Source: Deltaproteobacteria bacterium
GTDB taxonomy: Bacteria > Myxococcota_A > Polyangia > Haliangiales > SHYZ01
DNA: 64,000 nt
NCBI GenBank assembly: GCA_016210055.1
Contig: JACQUZ010000126.1
Location: forward strand, 33,586-97,585
Direction: 5' to 3'
The position numbers and the translations under genes are program-made. The stretch's first letter is position 1; each line of letters starts with the position of its first letter. Positions 21,781 through 31,813 of the stretch are shown here, piece after piece. The notes beneath the pieces are model-generated. The model was not told the DNA's origin. It did not search any database and worked only from the letters and a program-made list of their open reading frames with translations.

Positions 21781-22668
21781 CTACAAGGCCTCGACGTCGA
21801 CCAGTCTCATCATAAACGCGTCGGTCACCACGTCGGGGTCAGCGCCGTCGAGAAAACGGGCGAGCGCTCCTTCTTGAGGCCTATCGAACTCCACGCCCTT
21901 CTTGCAAAGTAATGCCAGCTCGTCAGCCGCAGCGATGAGGACCACGAGCGGGTCGGTCAGCTCCTCGTCGTGGTGCTCGGCAATGACTTTTCTTACGGGT
22001 GGCGGAAGCTCCCATCGCTCGGCGAGCTTGGCGCCGGCCACGCTGTGGAGCTCCCAGAGCACGTTGCACAGCGCTTTCGCGTTGGACAGGAGATCTTTGA
22101 ACACGCTCGTGCGGTCCGAGATGTACTTGAGCACCGCGGACGCGCCCAGGTCGTGGACCAAGCCGGCGAGGCTAGCGTCCTCGATGTCGATGCGCTTGTA
22201 CTGGGCCAGGTATCCGGCGCCAGAAGACACGGCCAGGGAATGGTGGCCCAGCGCCCTCACGGTGGGCAAGAGCGGCTTGGCGATCACGAACACCTTCTCG
22301 AGCGCCGCGTAGATGAGGAGGTCGCGGGCAGCCACCAGGCCCATGCGCGTGAGCGCCGACTTAACTGACGTCGCAGGTCCTCCACGCCGGTACAGCGCCG
22401 AGTTTGCGACAGAAAGGAAACGCGCGGCCAGCGAGGAGTCCTTCTCGATGATCGACGCGACTTGGCGCAGGTCGAGGTCCGGGTTCTTGGAGATCAGGAG
22501 GGCTTCATGGGCAACCGCGGGGAGGATCGGTGGTTGGAAGGACGGCGACTCCATCCCCTTGGAGATAAGCTCAACAGCGCGTTTCTCTGCCGCAGTCAGC
22601 TCCGGTTTTTCCACCAGCTCACCCTCGCACGCAACCCCCGCCGCGTGGAAGACACCCCACACGTACAA
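21781..22668 (-). CDS. HDOD domain signalling protein (tandem paralog)
   Basis: Aligns by eye along its whole length with the 20915..21745 product (roughly two-thirds identical). The start is uncertain: ATG 22668 or GTG 22614 ([11 protein letters not shown]). Confidence 0.8.
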   Translation of the reverse strand: MYVWGVFHAAGVACEGELVEKPELTAAEKRAVELISKGMESPSFQPPILPAVAHEALLISKNPDLDLRQVASIIEKDSSLAARFLSVANSALYRRGGPATSVKSALTRMGLVAARDLLIYAALEKVFVIAKPLLPTVRALGHHSLAVSSGAGYLAQYKRIDIEDASLAGLVHDLGASAVLKYISDRTSVFKDLLSNAKALCNVLWELHSVAGAKLAERWELPPPVRKVIAEHHDEELTDPLVVLIAAADELALLCKKGVEFDRPQEGALARFLDGADPDVVTDAFMMRLVDVEAL

Positions 22669-22798
22669 CAGATCGATCGTAGAGAAGCATGGAGGGCAGG
22701 GTCAAGGACGGTTTTTTGACGGCATCCAAGCGACTTTCCTTGGTACCGTGCAGCGCCAGGCCTTGACCGTTCATCAAAGTTCCAGAGAGGTTGACGAA

Positions 22799-24475
22799 AT
22801 GTCCGAAAAGCGCCGAAGTCGAGCGGTAACCCAAGGGGTTTCCAGGTCTCCGAACCGAGCCATGCTGCGCGCCGTGGGTTTTGGCGACACGGATTTCGAG
22901 AAGCCCATCGTGGGCGTGGCGAGCGCGTACAGCACCATCACGCCGTGCAACATGGGGCTTGACCACTTGGCGAAGCGGGCCCAGGCAGGCCTGCGGGCGG
23001 GCGGGGCGATGCCCCAGCTGTTTGGAACAATCACCGTCTCGGACGGCATCTCAATGGGGACTGAGGGGATGAAGTACTCCCTTGTCTCACGCGAGGTCAT
23101 CGCCGACTCCATCGAGACCGCCTGCTGCGCCCAGAGCATGGATGGCCTGGTCGCCATTGGCGGCTGCGACAAGAACATGCCCGGGGCGATGATTGCCATC
23201 GCCCGCATGAACATCCCGGCGATTTTCGTGTACGGAGGGACCATCAAGCCGGGGCACCACGATGGGCGGGACCTGAACATCGTGAGCGTGTTCGAGGCCG
23301 TGGGGGCTCATGTAGCAGGAAAGTTGAGCGACGAAGAGCTCCTGGCGATTGAACGAAAGGCGTGCCCGGGGCCAGGGTCCTGCGGCGGGATGTACACCGC
23401 CAACACCATGTCCTCGGCGTTCGAGGCCATGGGGATGAGCCTCATGTACTCGTCGACCATGGCAGCCGAGGACGCCGAAAAGGCCGACAGCGCCGAGGAG
23501 TCTGCCCGCGTGCTCATGCAAGCGATGTCGCGGGACCTAAGGCCCCTGGACATCCTTTCGCGAAAGGCGCTCGAGAACGCCATTGCCGTGGTGATGGCCA
23601 TCGGCGGCTCGACGAACGCGGTGCTCCACCTCCTGGCGATCGCCCACGCGGCGCGCGTGCCCTTGACCCTCGAGGACTTCGAGGCCATCCGAGCGCGAGT
23701 GCCGGTCCTTTGCGACCTCAAGCCGAGCGGCCGCTACGTGACCACTGACTTCCACCGCGCAGGAGGCGTGCCCCAGGTGATGAAAATGCTCCTCGCGGGT
23801 GGGGTCCTTTGCGGCGAGGCGATGACGATTTACGGAAAGACGCTCGCCGAGCTCTTGGCCGATGTCCCACCGGAGCCACGCTCGGACCAGGACGTGATCC
23901 GTCCGTGGCACAGGCCACTCTACCCGCAAGGGCACCTGGTGGTTCTCAAGGGAAACCTGGCGAGCGAAGGGGCCGTGGCCAAGGTCACAGGGGTCAAGAA
24001 CTCGCAGATTACAGGTCCGGCCCGGGTGTTCGACTCCGAAGAGGAGTGCATGGAGGCCATCCTCGAGAACAAGATCCGGGCGGGCGACGTCATCGTGATT
24101 CGCTACGAAGGGCCCAAGGGTGGCCCAGGCATGCGGGAGATGCTCGCCCCGACGTCCGCCATCATCGGCGCAGGGCTGGGCGATTCCGTCGGGCTCATAA
24201 CCGACGGCCGTTTCTCGGGCGGGACCCACGGAATGGTCGTGGGTCACGTGGCCCCAGAGGCTTTCGTGGGCGGCATGATCGCGTTGGTCGAGGAGGGGGA
24301 CGCGATCACGATCGACGCGGCGTCGCGTCTCCTGGTGCTGCACGTGCCCGAGTCGGAGCTTCATCGCCGGCGGGTCGCTTGGAAGCCCAGGGAGAGCAAG
24401 TACACGCGAGGCGTTCTCGCCAAGTACGCGCGCCTCGTCTCCTCCAGCAGCGTGGGCGCGGTGACCGACCGGTAA
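22799..24475 (+). CDS. ilvD: dihydroxy-acid dehydratase
   Basis: ATG at 22799 ([28 protein letters not shown]) gives 558 aa. IlvD blocks CDKNMPG, SDGRFSGG (here TDGRFSGG) and GPGMREML are present. The track ORF's 162-aa N-terminal extension is antisense to the HDOD gene. Confidence 0.95.
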   Translation: MSEKRRSRAVTQGVSRSPNRAMLRAVGFGDTDFEKPIVGVASAYSTITPCNMGLDHLAKRAQAGLRAGGAMPQLFGTITVSDGISMGTEGMKYSLVSREVIADSIETACCAQSMDGLVAIGGCDKNMPGAMIAIARMNIPAIFVYGGTIKPGHHDGRDLNIVSVFEAVGAHVAGKLSDEELLAIERKACPGPGSCGGMYTANTMSSAFEAMGMSLMYSSTMAAEDAEKADSAEESARVLMQAMSRDLRPLDILSRKALENAIAVVMAIGGSTNAVLHLLAIAHAARVPLTLEDFEAIRARVPVLCDLKPSGRYVTTDFHRAGGVPQVMKMLLAGGVLCGEAMTIYGKTLAELLADVPPEPRSDQDVIRPWHRPLYPQGHLVVLKGNLASEGAVAKVTGVKNSQITGPARVFDSEEECMEAILENKIRAGDVIVIRYEGPKGGPGMREMLAPTSAIIGAGLGDSVGLITDGRFSGGTHGMVVGHVAPEAFVGGMIALVEEGDAITIDAASRLLVLHVPESELHRRRVAWKPRESKYTRGVLAKYARLVSSSSVGAVTDR

Positions 24476-24530
24476 GCCCCGCGCAGAGTCGCTTGCGCTT
24501 CCTCGGATTTCACGTGAAAAAGGGCGGGTC

Positions 24531-25880
24531 ATGAAAACTACCCTAGATGAAGCGACCTTTAATGGCTTGCTTTCGCGCCTGCGTGACGTCCAAGAGGCGT
24601 TCGTTGCCCGCTATCCTGGCGAGCTCGCACAGCGCCAGCCCGTGCACACCGTGTACGGGGGAGCGCATCTCTTCAAGGCCGACACCGCGAGGAAGTTGGG
24701 TGAGCTGGCCTTGGGCTCATTGGCCCTCCATGCTCCGGAGCCGGACGCGCTGGCGGAGGCGATCGGCATTGACCCAGCCATCGCCGCGCCGGTCTATGCC
24801 CGGGTTACGGAGAAGCTGAAGCGGGAGCCCGTGGAGGATTTCCGCATCGACTTCGAGGATGGGTATGGCAACCGCCCCGACGACGAGGAAGATCGCCACG
24901 CCGAGGTCGCCGCCCTGGAAGTCGCCAAGGGAATGGCCGGTGGCACTCTGCCCCCCTTTCTCGGCATTCGAATCAAGCCCCTGTCTGGCGACCTGGGAGC
25001 ACGGAGCATTCGCACGCTCGACCTGTTTCTGAGCGCGCTCGTGGCCAAGACCGGCGGGAACCTGCCCGGTAACTTCGTGGTCACCTTGCCCAAGATCACC
25101 AGTCCAGACCACGTCGCGGTCCTGGTCGAGGTGTTCCAGTCGCTCGAGAAGAGCTTCGGGCTCCCCGCCTTGTCCCTGCGCATGGAGTTCATGATCGAGA
25201 CGCCCCAGGTGATCCTCGATCCGAGTGGACAGAGCATGCTCCCCTCGATCCTCACCGCGGCGCGCGGGCGCTGCGTGTCGGCGCACTTCGGCACCTACGA
25301 CTACACGGCCGGCTGTAGCATTACCGCGTCCTTGCAACGCATGCGTCACCCTGCCTGCGACTTTGCCAAGCACATGATGCAGGTAGCCTATGCCAGCACG
25401 GGGATTTGGCTCTCCGACGGCGCGACGAACATCATGCCGGTCGCCCCATATCGGGCCGCCGAAGGGAAGCCCCTCAGCGAGGAGCAGGTGCGCGAGAACC
25501 AGCGCGTCGTTTACGCCGCCTGGCGAATGCACGCGGATGACATCCGCCATTCATTGCAAAACGGCTATTACCAGGGCTGGGACTTGCACCCCGCTCAGCT
25601 GCCCACCCGCTACGCGACGGTCTACGCGTTTTTCCTTCAGGGTTACAAGGCCGCGTCGCAGCGCCTCGAGAACTTCATCTCCAAGGCAGCTCAGGCCACC
25701 CTCGTCGGAGACGTTTTCGACGACGCGGCCACGGGTCAAGGGCTTCTCAATTTCTTCCTTCGGGGCGTAAACTGCGGTGCTCTCACGGAAGACGAGGCCC
25801 TGAAGACCGGGATTACCCTCGAGGAGCTGCGTGGGCGGTCGTTCCTGAAGATCCTCAAGAACCGGCGGAAGATGACCTAG
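24531..25880 (+). CDS. uncharacterized TIM-barrel protein resembling the HpcH/CitE/malate-synthase aldolase-lyase superfamily
   Basis: 449 aa. Acidic metal-site-like blocks RIDFEDGYG and EFMIETPQ resemble CitE/HpcH/malate synthase motifs. The assignment comes from motif memory only. The gene lies next to the purine catabolism genes. Confidence 0.55.
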   Translation: MKTTLDEATFNGLLSRLRDVQEAFVARYPGELAQRQPVHTVYGGAHLFKADTARKLGELALGSLALHAPEPDALAEAIGIDPAIAAPVYARVTEKLKREPVEDFRIDFEDGYGNRPDDEEDRHAEVAALEVAKGMAGGTLPPFLGIRIKPLSGDLGARSIRTLDLFLSALVAKTGGNLPGNFVVTLPKITSPDHVAVLVEVFQSLEKSFGLPALSLRMEFMIETPQVILDPSGQSMLPSILTAARGRCVSAHFGTYDYTAGCSITASLQRMRHPACDFAKHMMQVAYASTGIWLSDGATNIMPVAPYRAAEGKPLSEEQVRENQRVVYAAWRMHADDIRHSLQNGYYQGWDLHPAQLPTRYATVYAFFLQGYKAASQRLENFISKAAQATLVGDVFDDAATGQGLLNFFLRGVNCGALTEDEALKTGITLEELRGRSFLKILKNRRKMT

Positions 25881-25905
25881 CGCGATTGTCCAAGGCGGGC
25901 GCTTT

Positions 25906-26250
25906 TCACGTCCCTCGGTAGGTCGAATAGCCGTAGGGGCTGATAAGGAGCGGCACGTGGTAATGCGCGCGCTCGTCTCGGACGCGAAAGGTCACGCTTA
26001 CCTCTGGATAAAAACACTGAATCCCAATGGCGTCGAAGTACGCCCCGACTTGAAATCCAATGCGGTACGTGCCCGCCTCGAGCGGCGCGCCCTCGGGAAG
26101 CAGGGTGCGGAGCCGTCCGTCTGCGTCGGTGGTCCCGTCGCCAAGGACATGCCACTTCCCATCTTGGCAGAGGAGCTCGAGCTCGACACGAACCCCCTGC
26201 GCAGGGCGTCCACACGCTGTGTCCAGAACATGGGTAGTTATCTTGCTCAT
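25906..26250 (-). CDS. uraH: 5-hydroxyisourate hydrolase (transthyretin-like)
   Basis: ATG at 26250 gives 114 aa, MSKITTHVLDTACGRPA..., ending in YSTYRGT (the family's C-terminal Y-R-G-S/T tetrapeptide). Its start overlaps the upstream gene's stop by 4 nt. Confidence 0.9.
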   Translation of the reverse strand: MSKITTHVLDTACGRPAQGVRVELELLCQDGKWHVLGDGTTDADGRLRTLLPEGAPLEAGTYRIGFQVGAYFDAIGIQCFYPEVSVTFRVRDERAHYHVPLLISPYGYSTYRGT

Positions 26251-27785
26251 GGGTTGATCCACTTGATGAGCCGAAGCTTGGTTATCTGGGCCTGCTCTTC
26301 CATGCTCGTGCGGAGCTCGTCCGCCCGGCTGTTGTCGAGACGCGCCTTCAAGAGCGCCAAGAGCTCCTGGCCCGACTTCCCAGAGGCGCACGCGATGAAG
26401 ATGAACCCGAACTTTTTCGCATGGGCCTCGTTCGCCAGCGCCAATGCGGCCTTGACCTCTTCATCGGCGTCTTTCACGCGCGATTGCTCCTCTGCTGACC
26501 ACTGGCTCGAGGTGGTCGTATCTCTTTGCCTCGTCTCGCCGATCCGTGGATGGCCCGCAAAGGCCTCGAGCCAGTCTTTTTCGGCGAGGCCGAACCAGTT
26601 ACGGTCGGCGGCGCGAAGGAGGGCAGCCAGGTCATCATAGGGGCGTCCGTCGGTCATGGCCTGCGCCCAACGACTCGAGCTGCAGCACGCCCGGAGCGCA
26701 CGAATGGCCTCGTCCGACGTCATGCCGTTTGCGCGCTCGATCCCCGCACGCGCCGGGTGGTTGAAAATGGGGTCGCCGATTAGCCGCAGGCGGGCCACGC
26801 CGCCGTCGGGGAATACGTTGATTCGAACGTGGGTCAAAAGCCCGATGTTCCGCAGCTCCTCCTCGAAAACGTGAACCGTGTGGGGCTGGATCTTCGTTGT
26901 CCGGAGAAGGGGCCGCCATGCATGCGCATCCCCCACAAGGGAGTCGGCGGTCGCGCCGGGCGCATGACAGGCCTCGAGGGATGCCTCGCCCGGCGCGTTT
27001 CCGCGGAAGTGCGTCGTGTCGATGACGGCTCGCCGAATGATGCCGGGCATGCCGAGACGAACGATGGACCAGTCGTGCCCTGGGCCACGTCGCCTACGGG
27101 TTTCCCAGCCGTCGCTCATGTTCGCGGCGCGTCCCGGCATGATGAGGTTGTGCCGCGAACCAAAGAACATGTCGCTGCACACCACCACCCAGGCACCGTT
27201 TTCCACCGCCGCCAGGTCCACGGGGCCGCCCAGCTTCGAGAGTCGATCGAGGTCGGGAACCGCCTCGCCGTGCACCCGAAACCGCGCCACTCCACCATCG
27301 GGAAAGATGTTGAGACGCACGTGCGTGAAGCGTCGCTCGTCACGGATTGGGAACGGGTTCTTCTGGTCCCCGCGGAGCGCCGATCGAGGGAGCAACTCGA
27401 CCCAGGGTTGGCTGGGGTCGAGGATCGCCGGGAGATCGCGGCAGGTGCGGATCTCGCAGGCCTCGACGGAACAGCTCTCCGGGAAGTTGCCCCGAAAGAA
27501 GCTGGTGTCCACGACGACGCCGCGAATGATACCTGGAAGGCCGAGCCGGATGATGCAGGAGTCGTGGGCGTTGGGATCCTCTCGACCCTCGCGCCTGCGA
27601 CGGGACTCCCAACCGTCCATCCATTTCCCCCGGTCGGTATACTCATGTTCCTTGAACACCGCTGGGTGAGCGCGGAGGAGGTTGTCCTTCTCGGCGAAGA
27701 ACTCATCGCTGGCATGGAGGGCGGTACCTCCGAGTCGTTCGGAGGCGAGGTCAACCAAGTCGGTGAATGGCATCAAGTCGTTCAT
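26247..27785 (-). CDS. allantoicase fused to OHCU decarboxylase
   Basis: The N-terminal ~340 aa holds two allantoicase repeats (DRGKWMDGWESRRRR and MSDGWETRRRRGPGHDW). The C-terminal ~170 aa matches OHCU decarboxylase (CCSSSRWAQAM..AFAGHPRIGE..KFGFIFIACASGKS..). Confidence 0.88.
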   Translation of the reverse strand: MNDLMPFTDLVDLASERLGGTALHASDEFFAEKDNLLRAHPAVFKEHEYTDRGKWMDGWESRRRREGREDPNAHDSCIIRLGLPGIIRGVVVDTSFFRGNFPESCSVEACEIRTCRDLPAILDPSQPWVELLPRSALRGDQKNPFPIRDERRFTHVRLNIFPDGGVARFRVHGEAVPDLDRLSKLGGPVDLAAVENGAWVVVCSDMFFGSRHNLIMPGRAANMSDGWETRRRRGPGHDWSIVRLGMPGIIRRAVIDTTHFRGNAPGEASLEACHAPGATADSLVGDAHAWRPLLRTTKIQPHTVHVFEEELRNIGLLTHVRINVFPDGGVARLRLIGDPIFNHPARAGIERANGMTSDEAIRALRACCSSSRWAQAMTDGRPYDDLAALLRAADRNWFGLAEKDWLEAFAGHPRIGETRQRDTTTSSQWSAEEQSRVKDADEEVKAALALANEAHAKKFGFIFIACASGKSGQELLALLKARLDNSRADELRTSMEEQAQITKLRLIKWINP

Positions 27786-27827
27786 GGAGATCTGGGCTCA
27801 ATTGAGGTTAATCGGTCTAATGAGCTC

Positions 27828-29192
27828 TTAGCGCCCCAAGAGCTGTCCGAGACGCGTTTCTTCGCGTCCGCTAGCGTCGAACACCAGTTTCCCGCGCACG
27901 AAGACCCGCTGCACGGTACCGAGGAGGTCCAATCCCTGGAACGGCGTGATCTTGTGCCGATGGCGCAGGATCCCCGGTTCGACTCGAAACCGCTCCTCCG
28001 GGTTCCAGATCACCATGTCCGCATCCAGGCCCACCGCAAGCTTGCCCTTGCGATTCTCCAAGCCGGCCAGGTGCGCGGGGCCAACGCACATCCAGCGCAC
28101 GATATCGCTTAGGGTATACCCACGTCGATGTGCTTCGGTCCAGGTGACCGGCAAGCTGAGCTGAAGCCCGGCGATGCCTCCCCAGGCGCGCGCAAAATCG
28201 CCCGTATCTCCATGCTTGAGCGCCGGGGAGCAGGGCGAATGGTCGGAGGCCACCATGTCAAGCATCCCCTCACCAAGGGCCTGCCATAAGAGTTCACGGT
28301 TCTCCTGTTCACGGATTGGGGGAGCGCACTTGAAGGTGGTCGCTCCGTCGGGGATCTCCTCGGAAGAAAACCGCAGGTAGTGCGGGCAGGTCTCGGCCGT
28401 GAGGGGCAGCCCTTCCCGCTTGGCCTCCCGAAGGAGTGGGATCGCATCGCTCGAAGAGTGGTGGACGATGTGCACCCGGGCACGGGTTTCTCGGCAGAGG
28501 CCGACCATCAGCGCGATGGCTTGGTTTTCTGCAGCCCGCGGGCGCGAGGCTAGGTGCGTCGCGTACTTCTTGGGACTTCCTGGAAAGGTGAGCTGGGACC
28601 TGGCTGCTTCGTCAATGGGGCCGGGAAGCTCGGCGTGGACGAGGAGCGGAACGCCGAGCGCGGACAGAATGGGCATGCTCGTCCGCAAGTTGTCCTCGGA
28701 CACGCGTGGAAATTCGTCCACGCCCGAGTCGACGAGGAAGCACTTGAAACCGAGCACGCCTCCCTGCGAGACCATCGGTGCGAGCTCACGCTCGTTCCCT
28801 GGGACGACGCCGCCCCAGAAGCCGACATCCACGGCGCAATGGCCTTTTGCGGCGCGGTGCTTCTCGAGCAGGGCGCCGAGCGAGACGGTCGGTGGGACGC
28901 TGTTGAGCGGCATGTCGACCAGCGTCGTGACACCGCCCTTGGCCGCGGCGCTCGTGGCGGACTCAAAGCCTTCCCATTCGGTTCGTCCCGGTTCATTTAC
29001 GTGGACGTGCGTGTCCACCACCCCGGGCATGACCACGGCGTCGCCGAAGTCGAGCACGTCACATCCAACGGGTGCAACGTCGTGGGGGGCGACGGCGACG
29101 ATTCGCCCATCTCGGACGTGCACCGAGGCGGGACCGATGGCGTCGGGCATGGCCACGCGACGGCTTCGGACGACGAGCTGCGCTAGGCCCAC
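27828..29192 (-). CDS. allB: allantoinase (cyclic amidohydrolase)
   Basis: 454 aa. VDTHVHVNEPGRTEWEGF metal-binding block. Amidohydrolase fold motifs. Sits among the uraH and alc genes. Confidence 0.85.
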   Translation of the reverse strand: MGLAQLVVRSRRVAMPDAIGPASVHVRDGRIVAVAPHDVAPVGCDVLDFGDAVVMPGVVDTHVHVNEPGRTEWEGFESATSAAAKGGVTTLVDMPLNSVPPTVSLGALLEKHRAAKGHCAVDVGFWGGVVPGNERELAPMVSQGGVLGFKCFLVDSGVDEFPRVSEDNLRTSMPILSALGVPLLVHAELPGPIDEAARSQLTFPGSPKKYATHLASRPRAAENQAIALMVGLCRETRARVHIVHHSSSDAIPLLREAKREGLPLTAETCPHYLRFSSEEIPDGATTFKCAPPIREQENRELLWQALGEGMLDMVASDHSPCSPALKHGDTGDFARAWGGIAGLQLSLPVTWTEAHRRGYTLSDIVRWMCVGPAHLAGLENRKGKLAVGLDADMVIWNPEERFRVEPGILRHRHKITPFQGLDLLGTVQRVFVRGKLVFDASGREETRLGQLLGR

Positions 29193-29311
29193 GGGGACGG
29201 TTCCTCCTGATCATGGAACATGGCGCAGGATATTGCGCGACTTCGCCGCGGTCATGCAAGCGCCGACTCGGGCCATGGCGGGCATGGGCTCATCGAGTAT
29301 ACTGCGCCGCC

Positions 29312-30502
29312 GTGACCGTCCACGAGTTCCTAGACATGTTGTTTCGCTGGGTCCACATGATTGCCGGAATCATGTGGATCGGTAACTCGCTGCTCTTCAA
29401 TTGGCTCGACCGCAATCTAATCAGGCCGACGGGCGCTGAGGGTAGAGAGGGGTTCGAGGGGGAGATCTGGCTCGTCCACAGCGGCGGGTTCTACCAGGTC
29501 GAAAAGAAGTTGCTCGCGCCCCACCAGTTGCCTCCAGTGCTGCATTGGTTCAAGTGGCAAAACGGATTCACATGGATGAGCGGCATCTGCCTTCTAATCA
29601 TCGTGTATTACATGAATGAAGGGGCGCTCCTCGTCGATTCCGGCGTGTCCAATCTCACTCCCCGGGCCGCGATTCTCGTGTCGGCCGTGCTGCTCGTCGC
29701 GGCATGGTTCGCCTACGATTTCTTGTTCCGCTTTCTCGAATCGCGCCCTCGGACCGCCACTTCAATAGCGATTACGGCGCTTCTTGTGATTACCATTGGC
29801 CTTTGCCACCTCTTTAGTGGCCGTGCGGCCTATATCCACGTGGGAGTCCTCATGGGAACACTCATGACGGGCAACGTGTGGTTGCGTATCTTGCCGTCGC
29901 AGAGGCAACTCATCGCGGCAACAAGGGCAGGGCAAAAGCAGGATCCCGTGCTCTCGAAGCGGGCCAAGCAACGCTCTATTCACAACAACTACATGACGTT
30001 CCCCCTCTTGTTCATCATGCTCAGCAACCACTTCCCGAGCACGCATGGAAACGAGCTGAATTGGGCAATCCTCGGGGTCTTGACGCTCGCCGGCGCGGGC
30101 GTGCGCCATTTCATGAACATCCGCTTCACGTACCGCCGCTGGCTCATCCCGTCGCTCGGGCTCGTGGTCGCGGCCACGGTGGCACTGTTCGTGATGACCG
30201 CAAGGCCGACCGTCGCCGGGTCGGACGCCGACGCTGCGACCGTGTCGTTCTCCAAGGTGAGTTGGGTCATTAGCCAAAGGTGCGTCCCATGCCATAGCGC
30301 CGTGCCGACTGACAAGGCGTTCCCCGTGGCACCGTCTGGCGTGATGTTCGACTCTCCCGACCAAGTCCGCCGGATGGCCGCTCGTATCAAGGATCGTGCG
30401 CTGATCAACAGGACCATGCCCCTTTCCAACCGCACCGGAATGACGGAGGAGGAGCGGGCACTCCTTGGCCGCTGGGTCGACCAGGGGGCCAGGATTGACT
30501 AG
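29312..30502 (+). CDS. puuD: membrane urate hydroxylase PuuD-like (polytopic N-domain + C-terminal cytochrome c)
   Basis: Polytopic N-terminus (FRWVHMIAGIMWIGNSLLFNWLD..). C-terminal CxxCH haem motif (CVPCHS). Start is GTG 29312 or ATG 29336. The track ORF start at 29072 overlaps allB and is unsupported. Confidence 0.78.
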   Translation: MTVHEFLDMLFRWVHMIAGIMWIGNSLLFNWLDRNLIRPTGAEGREGFEGEIWLVHSGGFYQVEKKLLAPHQLPPVLHWFKWQNGFTWMSGICLLIIVYYMNEGALLVDSGVSNLTPRAAILVSAVLLVAAWFAYDFLFRFLESRPRTATSIAITALLVITIGLCHLFSGRAAYIHVGVLMGTLMTGNVWLRILPSQRQLIAATRAGQKQDPVLSKRAKQRSIHNNYMTFPLLFIMLSNHFPSTHGNELNWAILGVLTLAGAGVRHFMNIRFTYRRWLIPSLGLVVAATVALFVMTARPTVAGSDADAATVSFSKVSWVISQRCVPCHSAVPTDKAFPVAPSGVMFDSPDQVRRMAARIKDRALINRTMPLSNRTGMTEEERALLGRWVDQGARID

Positions 30503-30637
30503 GTGCAACTCGGCGATAAGCGAAAAATCACCCGTGGAATCGATGGGTTAACTGGTGGCCCAGTGTCCTCTGGGCGCTCGGGTCCTAAAAGATCGACTCC
30601 ACGCGGCGGATGGCGCCGACTCGCAAAAGGAGCTGCC

Positions 30638-31696
30638 ATGGTGGGAACTTGGATTCTATACGGAGCGAACGGATTCAGCGGAGAGCTCATCGCTGAGGAG
30701 GCAAAACGGCGGGGAATGCGCCCGATCCTAGCGGGACGTAGAGAGGAAGCCGTGCGGGCCGTCGCGGAGCGGCTCGGGCTCGAGCACCGCATCTTCCCCC
30801 TGGAGTCGCCCGAGCAGATCGCTCGTGAGCTCGAAGGAATGCGAGCGATCCTTCTCGCGGCCGGGCCGTTCTCGGCGACCAGCGCGCCCGTGGTCGAGGC
30901 GTGCCTTCGCACGGGCACTCACTACCTGGACATCACGGGCGAGATCGCCGTCTTCGAGGACTGCCACGCGCGCAGCGCGGAGGCCAAGCAGAAGGGGTGC
31001 GTCCTCCTTCCCGGTGTGGGATTCGACGTGGTGCCCTCCGATTGCCTCGCTGCAAGCCTCAAGGAGGCGCTCCCCGACGCCCGGACTCTCGAGTTGGGTA
31101 TTTCTTCCGAGGGGACCTGGAGCAAGGGGACAGCGAAGACCATGTTCCGAGAGGTGCCCCTCGGAGGAGCCGTCCGCGAGAACGGCCGGATCCGCAGGGT
31201 GCCGCTCGCCTGGAGGACCGCCGACGTCCCGTTCCGCGACGTTACCCGTCACGCGGTGACGATTTCGTGGGGGGACGTGTCGACGGCGTACTATTCGACG
31301 GGCATACCCAACGTTCAGGTGTACATGGCGCTGCCGCGGCACGTGATCCGGGGAATGCGTCTCGCCCGGCCGGTCGCGCCGATACTCCGTTTCAAGGCGT
31401 TCCAGCGAGTCGCCGCAGGGCATATCGAGCGGGCCATCAAGGGGCCGAGCGAGGAAGTTCGGCGAACCGCGCGTTGCCAGTTGTGGGGACGCGTGACGAA
31501 CGCCGCCGGGCGATCCGTCGAGGGAACCCTCGAGACCCCAGAAGGATACACGCTCACGGCGAGCGCCGCCGTGCGATGCATGGCCAAGATCCTCGACGGA
31601 AAAGTTGCCCCCGGAACGCACACCCCGGCGACCGCATTCGGGTCCAAGTTAATCCATGACTTCCCCGGCTGCGACCTGCGAATAAGCCCGAGCTAG
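30638..31696 (+). CDS. saccharopine dehydrogenase-like NAD(P)-binding protein
   Basis: ATG 30638 is preceded by AAAGGAG. Rossmann N-terminus WILYGANGFSGELIAEEA. 352 aa. Confidence 0.7.
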   Translation: MVGTWILYGANGFSGELIAEEAKRRGMRPILAGRREEAVRAVAERLGLEHRIFPLESPEQIARELEGMRAILLAAGPFSATSAPVVEACLRTGTHYLDITGEIAVFEDCHARSAEAKQKGCVLLPGVGFDVVPSDCLAASLKEALPDARTLELGISSEGTWSKGTAKTMFREVPLGGAVRENGRIRRVPLAWRTADVPFRDVTRHAVTISWGDVSTAYYSTGIPNVQVYMALPRHVIRGMRLARPVAPILRFKAFQRVAAGHIERAIKGPSEEVRRTARCQLWGRVTNAAGRSVEGTLETPEGYTLTASAAVRCMAKILDGKVAPGTHTPATAFGSKLIHDFPGCDLRISPS

Positions 31697-31813
31697 CACT
31701 CCCACCATCGGCCATTCGTACCACTCGCGATCCCCGCCTTCCTTTCTGCCGAGCGAAGACGGATTTAGCTGGCACCTAGGCATCTCGTGCGTCATGAAGA
31801 ACGGGTCTTCAAC

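Noticed and set aside
22313-22798. N-terminal 162-aa extension of the ilvD ORF
   Set aside because: The extension is antisense to the HDOD gene and has no IlvD similarity. The canonical IlvD N-terminus begins at ATG 22799.
29072-29311. Extension of the puuD ORF overlapping the allB 5' end
   Set aside because: The region is Arg-rich with no TM segments. PuuD-like hydrophobic sequence begins near 29312/29336.
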